Positions 17,688 to 27,352 of a stretch of 64,000 nucleotides of DNA are shown one piece after another. The position numbers were made by a program, and so were the translations under genes. The notes under the pieces were generated by a model that made no database searches, was not told the origin of the DNA, and saw only the letters and a program-made list of their open reading frames with translations. Every line of letters starts with the position of its first letter. The stretch's first letter is position 1. Location of the stretch: NCBI GenBank assembly GCA_964638495.1, contig CAZXBM010000008.1:18343-82342 (forward strand), given 5' to 3'. Origin of the DNA: an uncultured Stakelama sp. GTDB lineage: Bacteria; Pseudomonadota; Alphaproteobacteria; Sphingomonadales; Sphingomonadaceae.

Positions 17688-18430
17688 TGGGTGAGACCGG
17701 CGACATGCTCGGCGGTGTATTGGGGCTGATCGGGATAGGCTTTGTCGTGACCGGCGTGATCCTCTGGTGGCGCACGCGCCGGAAATTCGAATTCCGGCTG
17801 TGGCCCAAGCGGCTGTCGCGCGCGGCGATCGTTCGTCACCATCGCGACATCGGCATTATCGTCGCGCCGCTGCTGTTTCTCTCCATGCTGACAGGCGCGA
17901 TGATGACGCTGCGCCCGGTGGCAACGCTGCTACTCACTCCCTTTTCATCGCCAGCCGCTATGGCGGCGGCCACAGCCCCGCCAAAGGCGGTCGGCGGGCC
18001 GCTTGGGCGGATCGACTGGCGCGCGCTGATCGATTAGGTAAGGGCTCGCTACCCGACCGCAGAAATCAGAACAATTGCACTTCCCGCGAAAACTGGCGGT
18101 CTCTTAACGATACGGGCGCGGCAAGCGATGGAATGGCTGCCAAACGGTCATACCATCTTCTGGTTCGATCCGGCGGATGGCCGACTGGTGGAGAATCGAA
18201 ACGCGCTAACCCTGCCCAAGGGTTCACGCTTGTTCAACCTTGCATATCCGGTTCACGCGGCGAAGGTGGGCGGTCGGACCTACCAGATCGTGATGACGGC
18301 ATCGGGCCTCGGACTGACATTGCTCGGATCCTTGACAATGGTCACCTTCTGGTCGCGGCGGGCGCGAGAGTGCAGGCGTTTCCGTTTAAAGTTCACAGCG
18401 AAGCCAGAGCTTCCATATGCAAGTTCTTAG
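17640..18430 (+). pseudogene. 5'-truncated, nonsense-interrupted PepSY-associated TM protein gene
   Basis: Frame of track ORFs 17090..18037 and 18128..18430 (same frame). WLFDIHHHLLMGETGDMLGGVLGLIGIGFVVTGVILWW... continues across a single in-frame TAG at 18035-18037 into ...MEWLPNGHTIFWFDPADGRL...VHAAKVGG. This corresponds to the central and C-terminal two thirds of PepSY TM proteins such as 26132..27352. The N-terminal third is missing. Confidence 0.7.
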
Positions 18431-18625
18431 ACTGAAATCACCTGTTCATCGCCTTTGCATAAATATGTGGACATGCGCTTATAGCCAATGAGCAAGGCCG
18501 TCTCCGAAAACTCATTCTGGCCTAGGATCGTGCGAGAAACGAAAATAAGAGACAGGTTCAAGAGTCGCCGCAGCCCTTTTTGGGTTGAGTTACCTGCCGG
18601 TCGTGGACACCTTCCGGCAATCGAC

Positions 18626-18642
18626 CGGGACTGTTGAAAAAG
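18626..18642. repeat. terminal inverted repeat, left copy (CGGGACTGTTGAAAAAG)
   Basis: Exact reverse complement of 20807-20823. Ends one base before the resolvase stop codon (18644-18646). Confidence 0.85.
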
Positions 18643-18643
18643 C

Positions 18644-19201
18644 CTATGCGGTGGGAGCGGACAGCGCCCGATAGAGGGTGGCGTGGTGGCATTTGAGGAG
18701 CTTGGCCGCCTCACGAACGGACGTGCCTTCGCCGATCAGGCGCTCGCCCAGCGCGATCTGATCGGTCGTGAGCTTGGACGGTCGGCCAAACCGCACGCCG
18801 CGCGCCTTGGCGGCGATCCGCCCGCTGCTGGTGCGCTGGTGGATCAGCTCGCGCTCGAACTCGGCGATGCCAGCGAACACCGTCAGCACCATGCGCCCGG
18901 CAGGCGAGGTCGTGTCCGCCCACGGTTCGGCCAGGGAGCGCAGGCCCGCGCCCGCGTCGTTCAGCTTTTCGGCGATATCGAGCAGGTCTCTGGTCGATCG
19001 CGCGAGCCGATCGAGCCGCGTCACCACCACCACGTCGTCGTCGCGGATTTGGTCGAGCATCCGCGCCAGTTCGGGCCGGTCGCGCTTCGCGCCTGACACC
19101 TTTTCATCAAAGGTTCGGCGACAGCCGGCCTCCTTCAATGCTGCGCGTTGAAGGGTGAGGTTCTGGTCGTCGGTCGAGACGCGGGCATAGCCGATCAGCA
19201 T
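18644..19201 (-). CDS. serine recombinase (resolvase/invertase family)
   Basis: Start at the internal ATG gives MLIGYARVSTDDQNLTLQ... with the catalytic Ser motif YARVST, a DRLAR motif and a C-terminal HTH. 185 aa. Confidence 0.9.
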   Translation of the reverse strand: MLIGYARVSTDDQNLTLQRAALKEAGCRRTFDEKVSGAKRDRPELARMLDQIRDDDVVVVTRLDRLARSTRDLLDIAEKLNDAGAGLRSLAEPWADTTSPAGRMVLTVFAGIAEFERELIHQRTSSGRIAAKARGVRFGRPSKLTTDQIALGERLIGEGTSVREAAKLLKCHHATLYRALSAPTA

Positions 19202-19297
19202 GTCGCGAATGTGCATCGAAAGGCAGAGATTTAACAACAGACATTTGCGACACCGCCGCGCTTGGAAAACCGTTACCGGATCGGCTGTCGCGCAACT
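19201..19297. promoter_or_regulatory. possible res / resolvase-binding half-sites (TGTCGCG-A)
   Basis: TGTCGCGAATGT (19201-19212), its near-perfect inverted copy ACATTTGCGACA (19241-19252, 11 of 12) and a third copy TGTCGCGCAACT (19286-19297) lie between the transposase and resolvase genes. TGTC-initiated half-sites resemble Tn3-family res subsites. Confidence 0.35.
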
Positions 19298-20730
19298 TAG
19301 GAGTTCAGCGACAGGTCGCGCAGGAGGGTCGGTTCATTTCGACCCCGGCTCAACTTTGCTATCGGGCTAAATCTCTCTGGAGCCGGGGGCGCACGTCGCG
19401 ACCGGGCAAGACGATCCGCGGGGCGCACGAGCAGCATCAAGTTGGCGATGGCCGCCCCGATCAGAAATTCCTCTTCCGCACCGCGCAACCCGCGAAGGTG
19501 GAGACGACTCAGCCCCCGCTTACCCTTAGCATCGGCGAACAGGCGCTCGACGCCCCGGCGTAGCCGCATCGATCGCTTGAAAAGGGGCGTCTGCATCTCG
19601 GCGCGCACAAGGTCGCGCGTGTCCTCATCTTCCATACGTGACACCCGACGATATTGAGAGGTCGTGCATTTTCGCCGTAGCCGACACGCACGGCAATCGG
19701 TGAAAAGAGCATGGTAGACGTGGATCCCGGTTTGGCCGTCGAAGCCGCGATGCAAGAGCACCTTGCCCTCGGGGCAGATGAAGCGATTTTGCTCTCGATC
19801 AAAGGTGAAAGCTTCGCGGGGGAATATGCCCTTTCTCCGCTCGACGCGTTCGAGCACCGGGATGTGAGGCATCGCTCCCCGGTTGCAGACGAAGGCTAGA
19901 AACGCCGCGCTGCCATAAGCGGTGTCGGCGGCAACACGCTTGGGACGATAATTGAACCGATCGCCCGCTCGCGCCAGCATGGTCCTTCCCGCGTCCACCT
20001 CGGCTGCAAAGCGGGCGGGACTGGCCTCTACCTCGATCGTCACGCCTCCCGGCGTGTCGATCAGCACGTTGAAAGCATAGCCGAAGCGTCCCCGCACCGT
20101 GCGCGCCGACCACGCCGATGCCGGATCGGTACGCGACATCGCCGCCGGTTTGCCACGCGGCACCCCATACTCCTGCGGCGCGGCGTTCGCCTGATCGGTA
20201 AGCCACTCGCGCACCGGGCGGGGAAGTCGGGGCGTATCCATGTCGCCATCGCGCATCTTGCGCTGCCAGCTCGCATCGGCCGCAACGAACGAGGCGTCGA
20301 TCGCCGCGTCTTTGGACACGACCAGCCCGGCCTCAACGCAGCGCCGCACCGTCTGCTCGAATAACAGGCGAAAAATGCCAGCGTCGCGAAACCGGCCATG
20401 ACGGTTCTTGCTGAACGTCGAATGGTGCGGCACGTCGGTGCCCAGCGGCAGTCGGCAGAACCAGCGATAGGCCAGGTTGAAGCGGACCTCCTCGCACAGC
20501 CGGCGCTCCGACGTGATGCCGTAAAGGCGACCGATCAGCGCCATGCGAATCAGCAGCTCGGGCGCGACCGAGGGGCGGCCCCGGGGACTGTAATGCGTCG
20601 CGAGCGCATCGCGCAGCTCGTCCATGTCCAACAGGCGGTCGATCCGGCGAAGAACGTGATCGCGGGGCAGCATCGCCGCGAGTGCGCGCCAGCTCGCGCC
20701 CTTGCCGCCCTGTTGCTGCTCGCCCATCAT
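19297..20730 (-). CDS. IS1182/IS5-superfamily DDE transposase
   Basis: 477 aa. The N-terminal InsH-like domain reads RPSVAPELLIRMALIGRLYGITSERRLCEEVRFNLAYRWFCRL...VPHHSTFSKNR. The C-terminal DDE region carries the CPEG...C..C.LR.KCT motif typical of IS1182-type enzymes. Confidence 0.9.
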   Translation of the reverse strand: MMGEQQQGGKGASWRALAAMLPRDHVLRRIDRLLDMDELRDALATHYSPRGRPSVAPELLIRMALIGRLYGITSERRLCEEVRFNLAYRWFCRLPLGTDVPHHSTFSKNRHGRFRDAGIFRLLFEQTVRRCVEAGLVVSKDAAIDASFVAADASWQRKMRDGDMDTPRLPRPVREWLTDQANAAPQEYGVPRGKPAAMSRTDPASAWSARTVRGRFGYAFNVLIDTPGGVTIEVEASPARFAAEVDAGRTMLARAGDRFNYRPKRVAADTAYGSAAFLAFVCNRGAMPHIPVLERVERRKGIFPREAFTFDREQNRFICPEGKVLLHRGFDGQTGIHVYHALFTDCRACRLRRKCTTSQYRRVSRMEDEDTRDLVRAEMQTPLFKRSMRLRRGVERLFADAKGKRGLSRLHLRGLRGAEEEFLIGAAIANLMLLVRPADRLARSRRAPPAPERFSPIAKLSRGRNEPTLLRDLSLNS

Positions 20731-20806
20731 TGCCGTTGCTCCCGATCCGTATGGATCGGAAACACGTCGAAGCCGGGGGCCGACTCACAAACCCAGCAGC
20801 AGCTGA

Positions 20807-20823
20807 CTTTTTCAACAGTCCCG
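20807..20823. repeat. terminal inverted repeat, right copy (CTTTTTCAACAGTCCCG)
   Basis: Exact reverse complement of 18626-18642, 77 nt upstream of the transposase start. Confidence 0.85.
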
Positions 20824-20889
20824 ACCGTTCGCGGGAGAGACGCGCAATGGTAAGGCTGGCGCGTGCTCGCCCGCGTCTTATTCACAAGC

Positions 20890-23160
20890 TTACATGCGAA
20901 GCGACACGCCAAGACGCACCGTGCGCGGAACGCCCGGCAAGATGCCGCGCGAACGATCAACGATTGTCAATCGGTCAAAAACGTTATGCGCGCTGGCAAA
21001 AATCTCCCATTTGCCCTTGGGAGGGCCATAGCTGAGTGCGAGGTTTGCCGTCGTCCAGCCGGATATGCGTCCTCGCTGGCCGTCGGGCGTCACGGCCAAA
21101 AGATTGACGTCATCAGCGAACATTGCTGATTGACCAACGACCTCGATCTGGCCGGTAAAGCCCTGACGGGCAATGCCGACCGCTGCGCTCAACAGAACGC
21201 GAGGACTATAGGGAAGCCGGTTGCCCTGCACGTTACGGGCGAGCCCACACGCCACAGGTCCGCTGCCTGTCGCCACCATCGTTCCCACCGCCCCGCCGTC
21301 AAGGCACGGTGCCGTGGCGATACGGGTCGATGCATAGCGCGCTGTCGGCACCCAGGTCGCAGCCATACGAGCAAAGAAATCGGTCTCGCTGGTCAGTCCC
21401 GCATCCGAACTCGACGCTTTTAACGAGAACTCGCCACCGCGATGCAACGTGCGGCCTGCCGACGTCAACGTGGCCCCGGTTCCCCCGGCGACAGATTGAG
21501 GCACAATCTGATTTTCAAAGTCCATCACGAAGAAGGTTGCGTCCGCGTACAGTCCACGAACCAGCGTCCCGCGCATGCCTAGTTCCCAGTTCCAGCTCAA
21601 CTCTGCGTCGAGATCGACAGAACCTCCGGCGCTTGTGATGACATCTTCCACCCGCGGTGGCGCGAAACCGCGATGGACGCCGCCATAAGCAATGATGCCA
21701 TCGGCAATATCGAATGTCGCCCCGATCCCGGGGATGATCTTTTGCAACTTGCTTGTGCCGGCGGTCTCGGTCGTCAGCCCGCCCGACGGCCTGCCACCGA
21801 TCAGAACGTCAATGGGCAAGTTGCGGCGACGAAAATCGATTGCTTCAACCCTCGCGCCCGGGATGATCGCAAGCTTTCCGAACTCAAGTGTGGACTGCAC
21901 GAATCCCGACCATGCGGACGCATTGCGAAGCTGATTTTCGCGCAGGCCGGCATTGACGCCACTCCCAGCCACCCGGGAAGCGGCGGTGTCGCCGTTTACC
22001 TGGCGACGGCGCTGTCGTTCATCATGATAGCGGATGCCGATTTCGGTCTGTCCGCCAAAGCCGAGCCCCAGACCGTCGCGATGCCCCAGCGAGATTCGCG
22101 TTTCGACACCCCAAGTATCGTAGTTTCGAAGCCTTCCCTCGTTGCCGCACCCGGTCAACAGGTTGGCCATGCCGCCACATAGCGGATCCGACGCATCGGA
22201 GGGGCGCTGTGTGGAGTTCGAGGACTGTCGCCACCAGTCGCGATCAAACCGTTGCCAATAAGCCACCGTGCGCAGACTGATTCCAGTAGCGAGTGTCCAG
22301 CGATGGGCTGCCGAAAGGCCATAGCGATCAGCAGAAAATGTGTCACTGCCGCGCGGGAACGGATTGCCGCGTGGCGCGGCCGCGAATTCTGCGCGCGTTA
22401 CCCCTGAATAGGTGATATCTGACCGCTCACGGAACCAACTTGCCTTTACAACTAGCTGCTGATCTGGCGACAAATCCCATTCGCCCTTGGCGAACAGGTC
22501 GGTGAACCGGAGCAACTGATTGTCCCTGCTCCCCGCTGCCTGGCGTTGATCGGCGGTGACGAAAGCGCGTCCGCCCAGATCCGGCCCGCCGATCTGCGCG
22601 TCCGCGCCGAGGCCATTTCGGTTGCCCCCCTGCAGCGACAGCTTGCCCTCGAACGTCTCTGGAGCGCGCGGCGTGATATAGTTGATGACGCCGCCTATCG
22701 TCTGCGGTCCGAACCGCACCTGCGAAGCGCCCTTCAAAACTTCGATGCGATCAAACCGGCTCAGCGGCGGATGATAATAGCTGGCGTTGTCGCCATATGG
22801 TGCGAAGGCCAGCGGGATCCCGTCTTCGAGTAACAGAACCTTGGAAGACCTAGTCGGGTTCAATCCCCTGATCCCGATGTTGGGCCGCGCCCCCGTCCCC
22901 TCCTCGTCCCGTGGAAAGACGCCAGCGACTTGGCGCAACGCATCGTTGACCGTCAGGACGCGGCTCCGATCTAGATCCTCGCGCGTGACAATCGAACCTG
23001 AACCCGCGATGTCGAGCAGGCTCTCAGCGTTTCCGATCACGATGATTTCCGGTGCTTTTACGTCGGCGACATTATCGTCGGCGACATTTTGGGCGAGCAC
23101 CGGCGACGAGATGGTCACAGCGATTGCAGCCAGCGGCACGGCATTTATAAAGTTAACCAA
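20890..23160 (-). CDS. TonB-dependent outer membrane receptor
   Basis: 756 aa with a signal peptide, a plug domain (IVTREDLDRSRVLTVNDALRQVAGV...RGLNPTRSSKVLLLEDGIP) and a long beta-barrel. Confidence 0.9.
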   Translation of the reverse strand: MVNFINAVPLAAIAVTISSPVLAQNVADDNVADVKAPEIIVIGNAESLLDIAGSGSIVTREDLDRSRVLTVNDALRQVAGVFPRDEEGTGARPNIGIRGLNPTRSSKVLLLEDGIPLAFAPYGDNASYYHPPLSRFDRIEVLKGASQVRFGPQTIGGVINYITPRAPETFEGKLSLQGGNRNGLGADAQIGGPDLGGRAFVTADQRQAAGSRDNQLLRFTDLFAKGEWDLSPDQQLVVKASWFRERSDITYSGVTRAEFAAAPRGNPFPRGSDTFSADRYGLSAAHRWTLATGISLRTVAYWQRFDRDWWRQSSNSTQRPSDASDPLCGGMANLLTGCGNEGRLRNYDTWGVETRISLGHRDGLGLGFGGQTEIGIRYHDERQRRRQVNGDTAASRVAGSGVNAGLRENQLRNASAWSGFVQSTLEFGKLAIIPGARVEAIDFRRRNLPIDVLIGGRPSGGLTTETAGTSKLQKIIPGIGATFDIADGIIAYGGVHRGFAPPRVEDVITSAGGSVDLDAELSWNWELGMRGTLVRGLYADATFFVMDFENQIVPQSVAGGTGATLTSAGRTLHRGGEFSLKASSSDAGLTSETDFFARMAATWVPTARYASTRIATAPCLDGGAVGTMVATGSGPVACGLARNVQGNRLPYSPRVLLSAAVGIARQGFTGQIEVVGQSAMFADDVNLLAVTPDGQRGRISGWTTANLALSYGPPKGKWEIFASAHNVFDRLTIVDRSRGILPGVPRTVRLGVSLRM

Positions 23161-23513
23161 CGTACGTCCCCTGAGATTATCTGCGAGTAGTTCGCATTAG
23201 CGATTAAAATCTGTTGCTAAAAAAAGCAAACTGCTTCGCCGGGCGTGTGCGCCAGAGGCCCGGAGGCTTCTCCACGGGCTGCCCTCGGGCCTGCCTTGCG
23301 CGTCGGTTGCACCGACGACCGCCGCGACGTTGGCCCCGCCCAGACGTCGCGAGCGATGCCGCATGCCTTGCGGACCGATCGCCCGGGCGGCGCTGAGTAC
23401 GCACCAGGGGCTCGGGATGAAAATGCGTGGCGAAGGCGTGCGGCCGGTCTGCCCGTTATTGCCTCACCGCGCCGAAGGAGGGGCCCAAGTGTCGGGCGAC
23501 CGCACGCTCGCGC

Positions 23514-23700
23514 ACTTCGCCAGATAGCCATGACCAGTGCATCGTTGACCAGTTGCGCCGTTATCGCAACGCTCATCGACTAACTGACGATGCAGCGTGA
23601 GAACAGGTCGATGACAGCCGCTAAGTACAGCCGGTCTTCGGCGGGTCCAGATATAGGTGGAGTCTGCCACCCGCTTTTTTGTTTCGGGCCGTTGGCGGTT
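23514..23700 (-). pseudogene. relic of an IS3-family transposase (OrfB integrase core fragment), frameshifted and truncated
   Basis: Two minus-strand frames carry ...RVADSTYIWT... (compare TDITYI) and MSVAITAQLVNDALVMAIWRS (compare MTAxLVxDALxMAIWRR). There is no intact ORF on either side. Confidence 0.5.
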
Positions 23701-24021
23701 AACTGACAATGAGCACGTTGCCGGCGATGATCGGCGACCGGATGTTCCTAATATTTCTCTCGACTACTATTCAGAACTATAGGGAGCCGCCAAAATCTGT
23801 TGCAGCAAGCTTATTGAATAGCTGCGACCCTATCCGGGCAAATCGTCGCTGCCGACCGATTGCAAACTAGCAAATTTCAGCTGTGGCAGTTGCTAAGCGG
23901 CCATTTGCGTCACGCCAATCTTGAACCGTTGACGACGAGCCCGCAGCCTAGCCTCCTACAGAATGCTATTGCGAACGATTTGCAAATCATTTAGCTGCGC
24001 TCCCAACAATGGGAGTTAAGA

Positions 24022-26151
24022 ATGATTCGCAAGAGGCTGCTCGCCATGTTGGGGGCTACCGCATTGGTCGTGCCGACAATCGCTTCTGGACAAACGACGA
24101 CGCCCCCAGCCGATCACGTTTCGGGGAAAAGCGATATCGTTGTGACGGCCACCCGTTCACGTTCGACCATTGAACAACTGCCCATTTCAGTTTCTGTGGT
24201 CGATGAGGAAACGGTGAACAGCCAACTTCGACAGAATCGCAACATTCTGTCCGGGCTGGAGTTTGTCGTCCCCGGCCTGAGTGTCCAGGACAGCGAGACG
24301 AGAGGTAGTTGCAGCAGCGCTATCCGTGGCCGCGCTGCTTCATTTCAGATCAACGGCGTGCCAGTGAATGAGGATCTGCGTCCCGGTTCGTGCACCGGCC
24401 CGTTCACCATCTCCCCATTCTCGGTCGAACGCGTCGAAGTCGTTCGCGGTGGAACAGCGCTATATGGTTCGGGAGCCCCAGGCGGCATCATCAATCTGAT
24501 CACGCGCCGGGCAAAAAGTGAAACGCTGGAAATCGACACGACCGCGCAAACCAGCTTCAACACCGCAAATAGCGATGACACGTTCACAACCGATCTTTAC
24601 GCAGGCGCCGGTCAAAAACTGGGTAACTTCGATTACTATGTCGGTGCGGCCTACACAGACGGTGGTCGCGTTCGGAGCGCAACGGGCCTGCCGGTATTCT
24701 CGGCTGGCTATGAATCGGTCGACCTGCTCGCATCGTTTGGGCTTGATCTGAGCGCTGGCCAGGAACTGCGCTTTACAGGCACCTTCCACACTGAAGACGT
24801 CGGTCCGCAATTCTATCCGGATGGCGCGGTCGATGCCGTCTCCGGTCTGGCCAACATTGTTGAAGTCGCCCCCCATCCGCAGGTCGGCCAGGGCCGCGAC
24901 CGCAACGTGACGATGGCGGTTAGCTATCGCCATCCCGATCTTCTAGGCCATGACGTTTCGCTCAGCTTCTTTCATCAAGACCAATCGATCAAGCAGCGCG
25001 ACAATTTTTTCACGGCGGCGGACGGGAACGACTTTTTCGCGTCGAACCGGGAAAATAGTCGGCTGGGTTTCCGCTCGGCGCTGACGCGCAGCTATGGCCT
25101 TGGCAACGCCCGCCTGAAGACGACCTACGGCTTCGACTTTACGCGCAATGACTTTTTACGGTTCATTGTCGATGCCGCGAACGGCGAAGCGGTGTCTGGC
25201 TACATAACGCCGGCTTTCTATCTCAACACTTTTGCCCCCCTCGGCCAGGTGGAATTCGGCATCGGCAAACTGACTGTCACCGGGGGCGTCCGACATGAAT
25301 TATATCGCGGCGCGATCGAAGAAGAGGGGTTCAATCCAGCGCTGCCCCGTGCGGCAACGCCCGGCGCTTTTGGCAATTCCAGCCTCACCCTATGGAATGT
25401 TGGCGCCGTATTCGCGGTTACGGATTCCATTCAGCTCTATGGAAGTTTCAGCCAGGGTGCGGAGCTTACGCAGCTCGGACGGGCAGCCCGTGGCGCGATT
25501 GACCCATCGCAAATCACTGTCGAGCCAGCAACTTCCGACCAATATGAAATCGGCCTGCGCGGCCTCGTCGGTCCGGTCCGTTTTGGGCTTGCCTATTACT
25601 ATTCCCGTTCAGAATCCTCGTCACAGGTTCAGCCTGATCCCAGCTGCGCAGGCGAAACATTCTGCCCGCTGATCCCGCTCCGCGTACCCGAGCGCTTTCA
25701 TGGTTTCGAAGCCAACGCGACCTGGCAGGCAGCGGACAACTTCACTCTCTCCGGCGTGTTCACGTTGCAGCGCGGGCGCGTGTTCAACGAAGACCTCAAC
25801 CGATTCATCGCCTATGGCACGGATGTGTCAGTGCCGTTGCGCATCACCGGTCGGGCGCAGTGGCGTCCCGTGAAACCCTTGTCGCTCAATTTCCAGCTAA
25901 CGCATTATGGTGCGTCGTCCTACTTTACGCCCACCGAACAGGCGATCGGCTTCGTCGACACCGATGCTGTAACGCTCGGTAGCGGCAGCATCGGCTACAG
26001 GCTCGGTCCGATAGAACTTTACGTGGCAGCAGATAACCTCTTCAATAAACGGTACATCAGCGTTGCGAACCAGGTTCAGGGGCAAGGCGGCTTTACTTAC
26101 ATGCAGGCGGCAGGCCGCAGGGTGACGTTGGGTGTCAGCAGTCGTTTCTGA
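24022..26151 (+). CDS. TonB-dependent outer membrane receptor
   Basis: 709 aa with a signal peptide and plug (DIVVTATRSRSTIEQLPISVSVVDEE...). Ends in a terminal Phe (GVSSRF). Confidence 0.9.
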   Translation: MIRKRLLAMLGATALVVPTIASGQTTTPPADHVSGKSDIVVTATRSRSTIEQLPISVSVVDEETVNSQLRQNRNILSGLEFVVPGLSVQDSETRGSCSSAIRGRAASFQINGVPVNEDLRPGSCTGPFTISPFSVERVEVVRGGTALYGSGAPGGIINLITRRAKSETLEIDTTAQTSFNTANSDDTFTTDLYAGAGQKLGNFDYYVGAAYTDGGRVRSATGLPVFSAGYESVDLLASFGLDLSAGQELRFTGTFHTEDVGPQFYPDGAVDAVSGLANIVEVAPHPQVGQGRDRNVTMAVSYRHPDLLGHDVSLSFFHQDQSIKQRDNFFTAADGNDFFASNRENSRLGFRSALTRSYGLGNARLKTTYGFDFTRNDFLRFIVDAANGEAVSGYITPAFYLNTFAPLGQVEFGIGKLTVTGGVRHELYRGAIEEEGFNPALPRAATPGAFGNSSLTLWNVGAVFAVTDSIQLYGSFSQGAELTQLGRAARGAIDPSQITVEPATSDQYEIGLRGLVGPVRFGLAYYYSRSESSSQVQPDPSCAGETFCPLIPLRVPERFHGFEANATWQAADNFTLSGVFTLQRGRVFNEDLNRFIAYGTDVSVPLRITGRAQWRPVKPLSLNFQLTHYGASSYFTPTEQAIGFVDTDAVTLGSGSIGYRLGPIELYVAADNLFNKRYISVANQVQGQGGFTYMQAAGRRVTLGVSSRF

Positions 26152-27352
26152 TCGTCTTGGCGACCTCCACAACGCAGCGCGCCGCAAGCCGGTGCCGCTG
26201 TTTTTTTGGCTGCACTCGATCGTCGGCCTAAAGCTCAGCCTTTTCTTGGGCTTCATATGCCTGACCGGTACAATCGCAACGATCAGCCACGAGATCGAAT
26301 GGCTGTTTAAGCCCGCCCTGCGCGCAAGCGCGGTAACAGGCGATGTCGACTGGGGCCGGATGTGGGACGCCGCACAAGCGGCTCACCCTGATGCGCGACT
26401 GAGCGGCATCGGCACGTTCGACCGAAGCGACACACCCTATTTTGCAAAGTCAGTGTCAGCGACCGACCACGACGGGCAAGACTTTACGATCTACGTTGAT
26501 CCTGGAACGTCGCGCGTCACCGGACATGAATATGGACGCAGCTTCCAGGATTTCATGCGCGGCCTGCATTACTATCTCTTGGTTCCGGGTAGCATACCGG
26601 TCTATGTCGTCACATCGCTCGGCTTTGTACTCGTGATGTCGATGGTGACGGGTATCATTGCCTATAAGAAATTCTGGCGCGGCCTTTTCCGGGTGCCGCG
26701 GTGGGATCGTAATGCGCGGACTTGGATGGGCGATCTGCATCGGCTTGCGGGGCTGTGGTCGCTTTGGTTTGTTGCCGTTATCGGGATCACGTCGATATGG
26801 TATTTTGTCGAGCACGCCGGGCTTGACCTTGAATCACCCGCACCGATCGTCGCCTCGCAATCTACCGACAAAGCGATCGATGGTACCGTCATCAATCGCT
26901 GGGTTGCGCTCTCAAAACGCGAAATGCCAGGACTCGCCATCACCGCCATCTACCTGCCGTTCAAGCCAGGCAATCCGGCTATTATTCAAGGTCAGTGGCG
27001 CGCATGGCTGGTGCGCGAAAGGACCAATGCGGTGTTCGTGGACCCAACGAGTGGACGGATTGTCGGGAAGCGCGTCGCGCATATGATGGGGATCGGGGAG
27101 CGGATCGTTCACACCGCCGACCCATTACATTTCGGGACCTTTGGTGGGCTGACCACGCGGATAATTTGGGTCGTGTTCGGGCTGCTGTTGACCGGCATGG
27201 CGGGGAGCGGTGCCTATATCTATGCCAAGCGAACAAAACTGGCTGTCCAATCCGGCGTCAGGTTTGGTTACTTCGACTTTCTCGGTAATTGGAAATGGCC
27301 AAGTATTATTCTCGTTACTGTAGTCCCGATGATAAGTCTTTTGTATTGGTAA
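26132..27352 (+). CDS. PepSY-associated TM protein (PiuB-like)
   Basis: 406 aa. WLHSIVGLKLSLFLGFICLTGTIATISHEIEW, a later HYYLL...TGIIAYKKFW and a C-terminal ADPLHFGTFGG motif are characteristic. Overlaps the receptor gene by 20 nt. Confidence 0.85.
   Translation: MSAVVSDRLGDLHNAARRKPVPLFFWLHSIVGLKLSLFLGFICLTGTIATISHEIEWLFKPALRASAVTGDVDWGRMWDAAQAAHPDARLSGIGTFDRSDTPYFAKSVSATDHDGQDFTIYVDPGTSRVTGHEYGRSFQDFMRGLHYYLLVPGSIPVYVVTSLGFVLVMSMVTGIIAYKKFWRGLFRVPRWDRNARTWMGDLHRLAGLWSLWFVAVIGITSIWYFVEHAGLDLESPAPIVASQSTDKAIDGTVINRWVALSKREMPGLAITAIYLPFKPGNPAIIQGQWRAWLVRERTNAVFVDPTSGRIVGKRVAHMMGIGERIVHTADPLHFGTFGGLTTRIIWVVFGLLLTGMAGSGAYIYAKRTKLAVQSGVRFGYFDFLGNWKWPSIILVTVVPMISLLYW

Larger units (their letters stand above)
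18622..20827 (-). mobile_element. about 2.2-kb transposon-like unit: IS1182/IS5-type DDE transposase plus serine resolvase inside one pair of terminal inverted repeats
   Basis: Perfect 17-bp inverted repeats at 18626-18642 and 20807-20823 (19 of 21 over 18622-18642 and 20807-20827) bracket both genes. No flanking direct repeat is evident. Confidence 0.5.

Noticed and set aside
23206-23803. 12-nt direct repeat AAAATCTGTTGC at 23206-23217 and 23792-23803, near the two TonB receptor promoters
   Set aside because: Exact 12-mers are expected to recur many times by chance in 64 kb, so this is not significant on its own.
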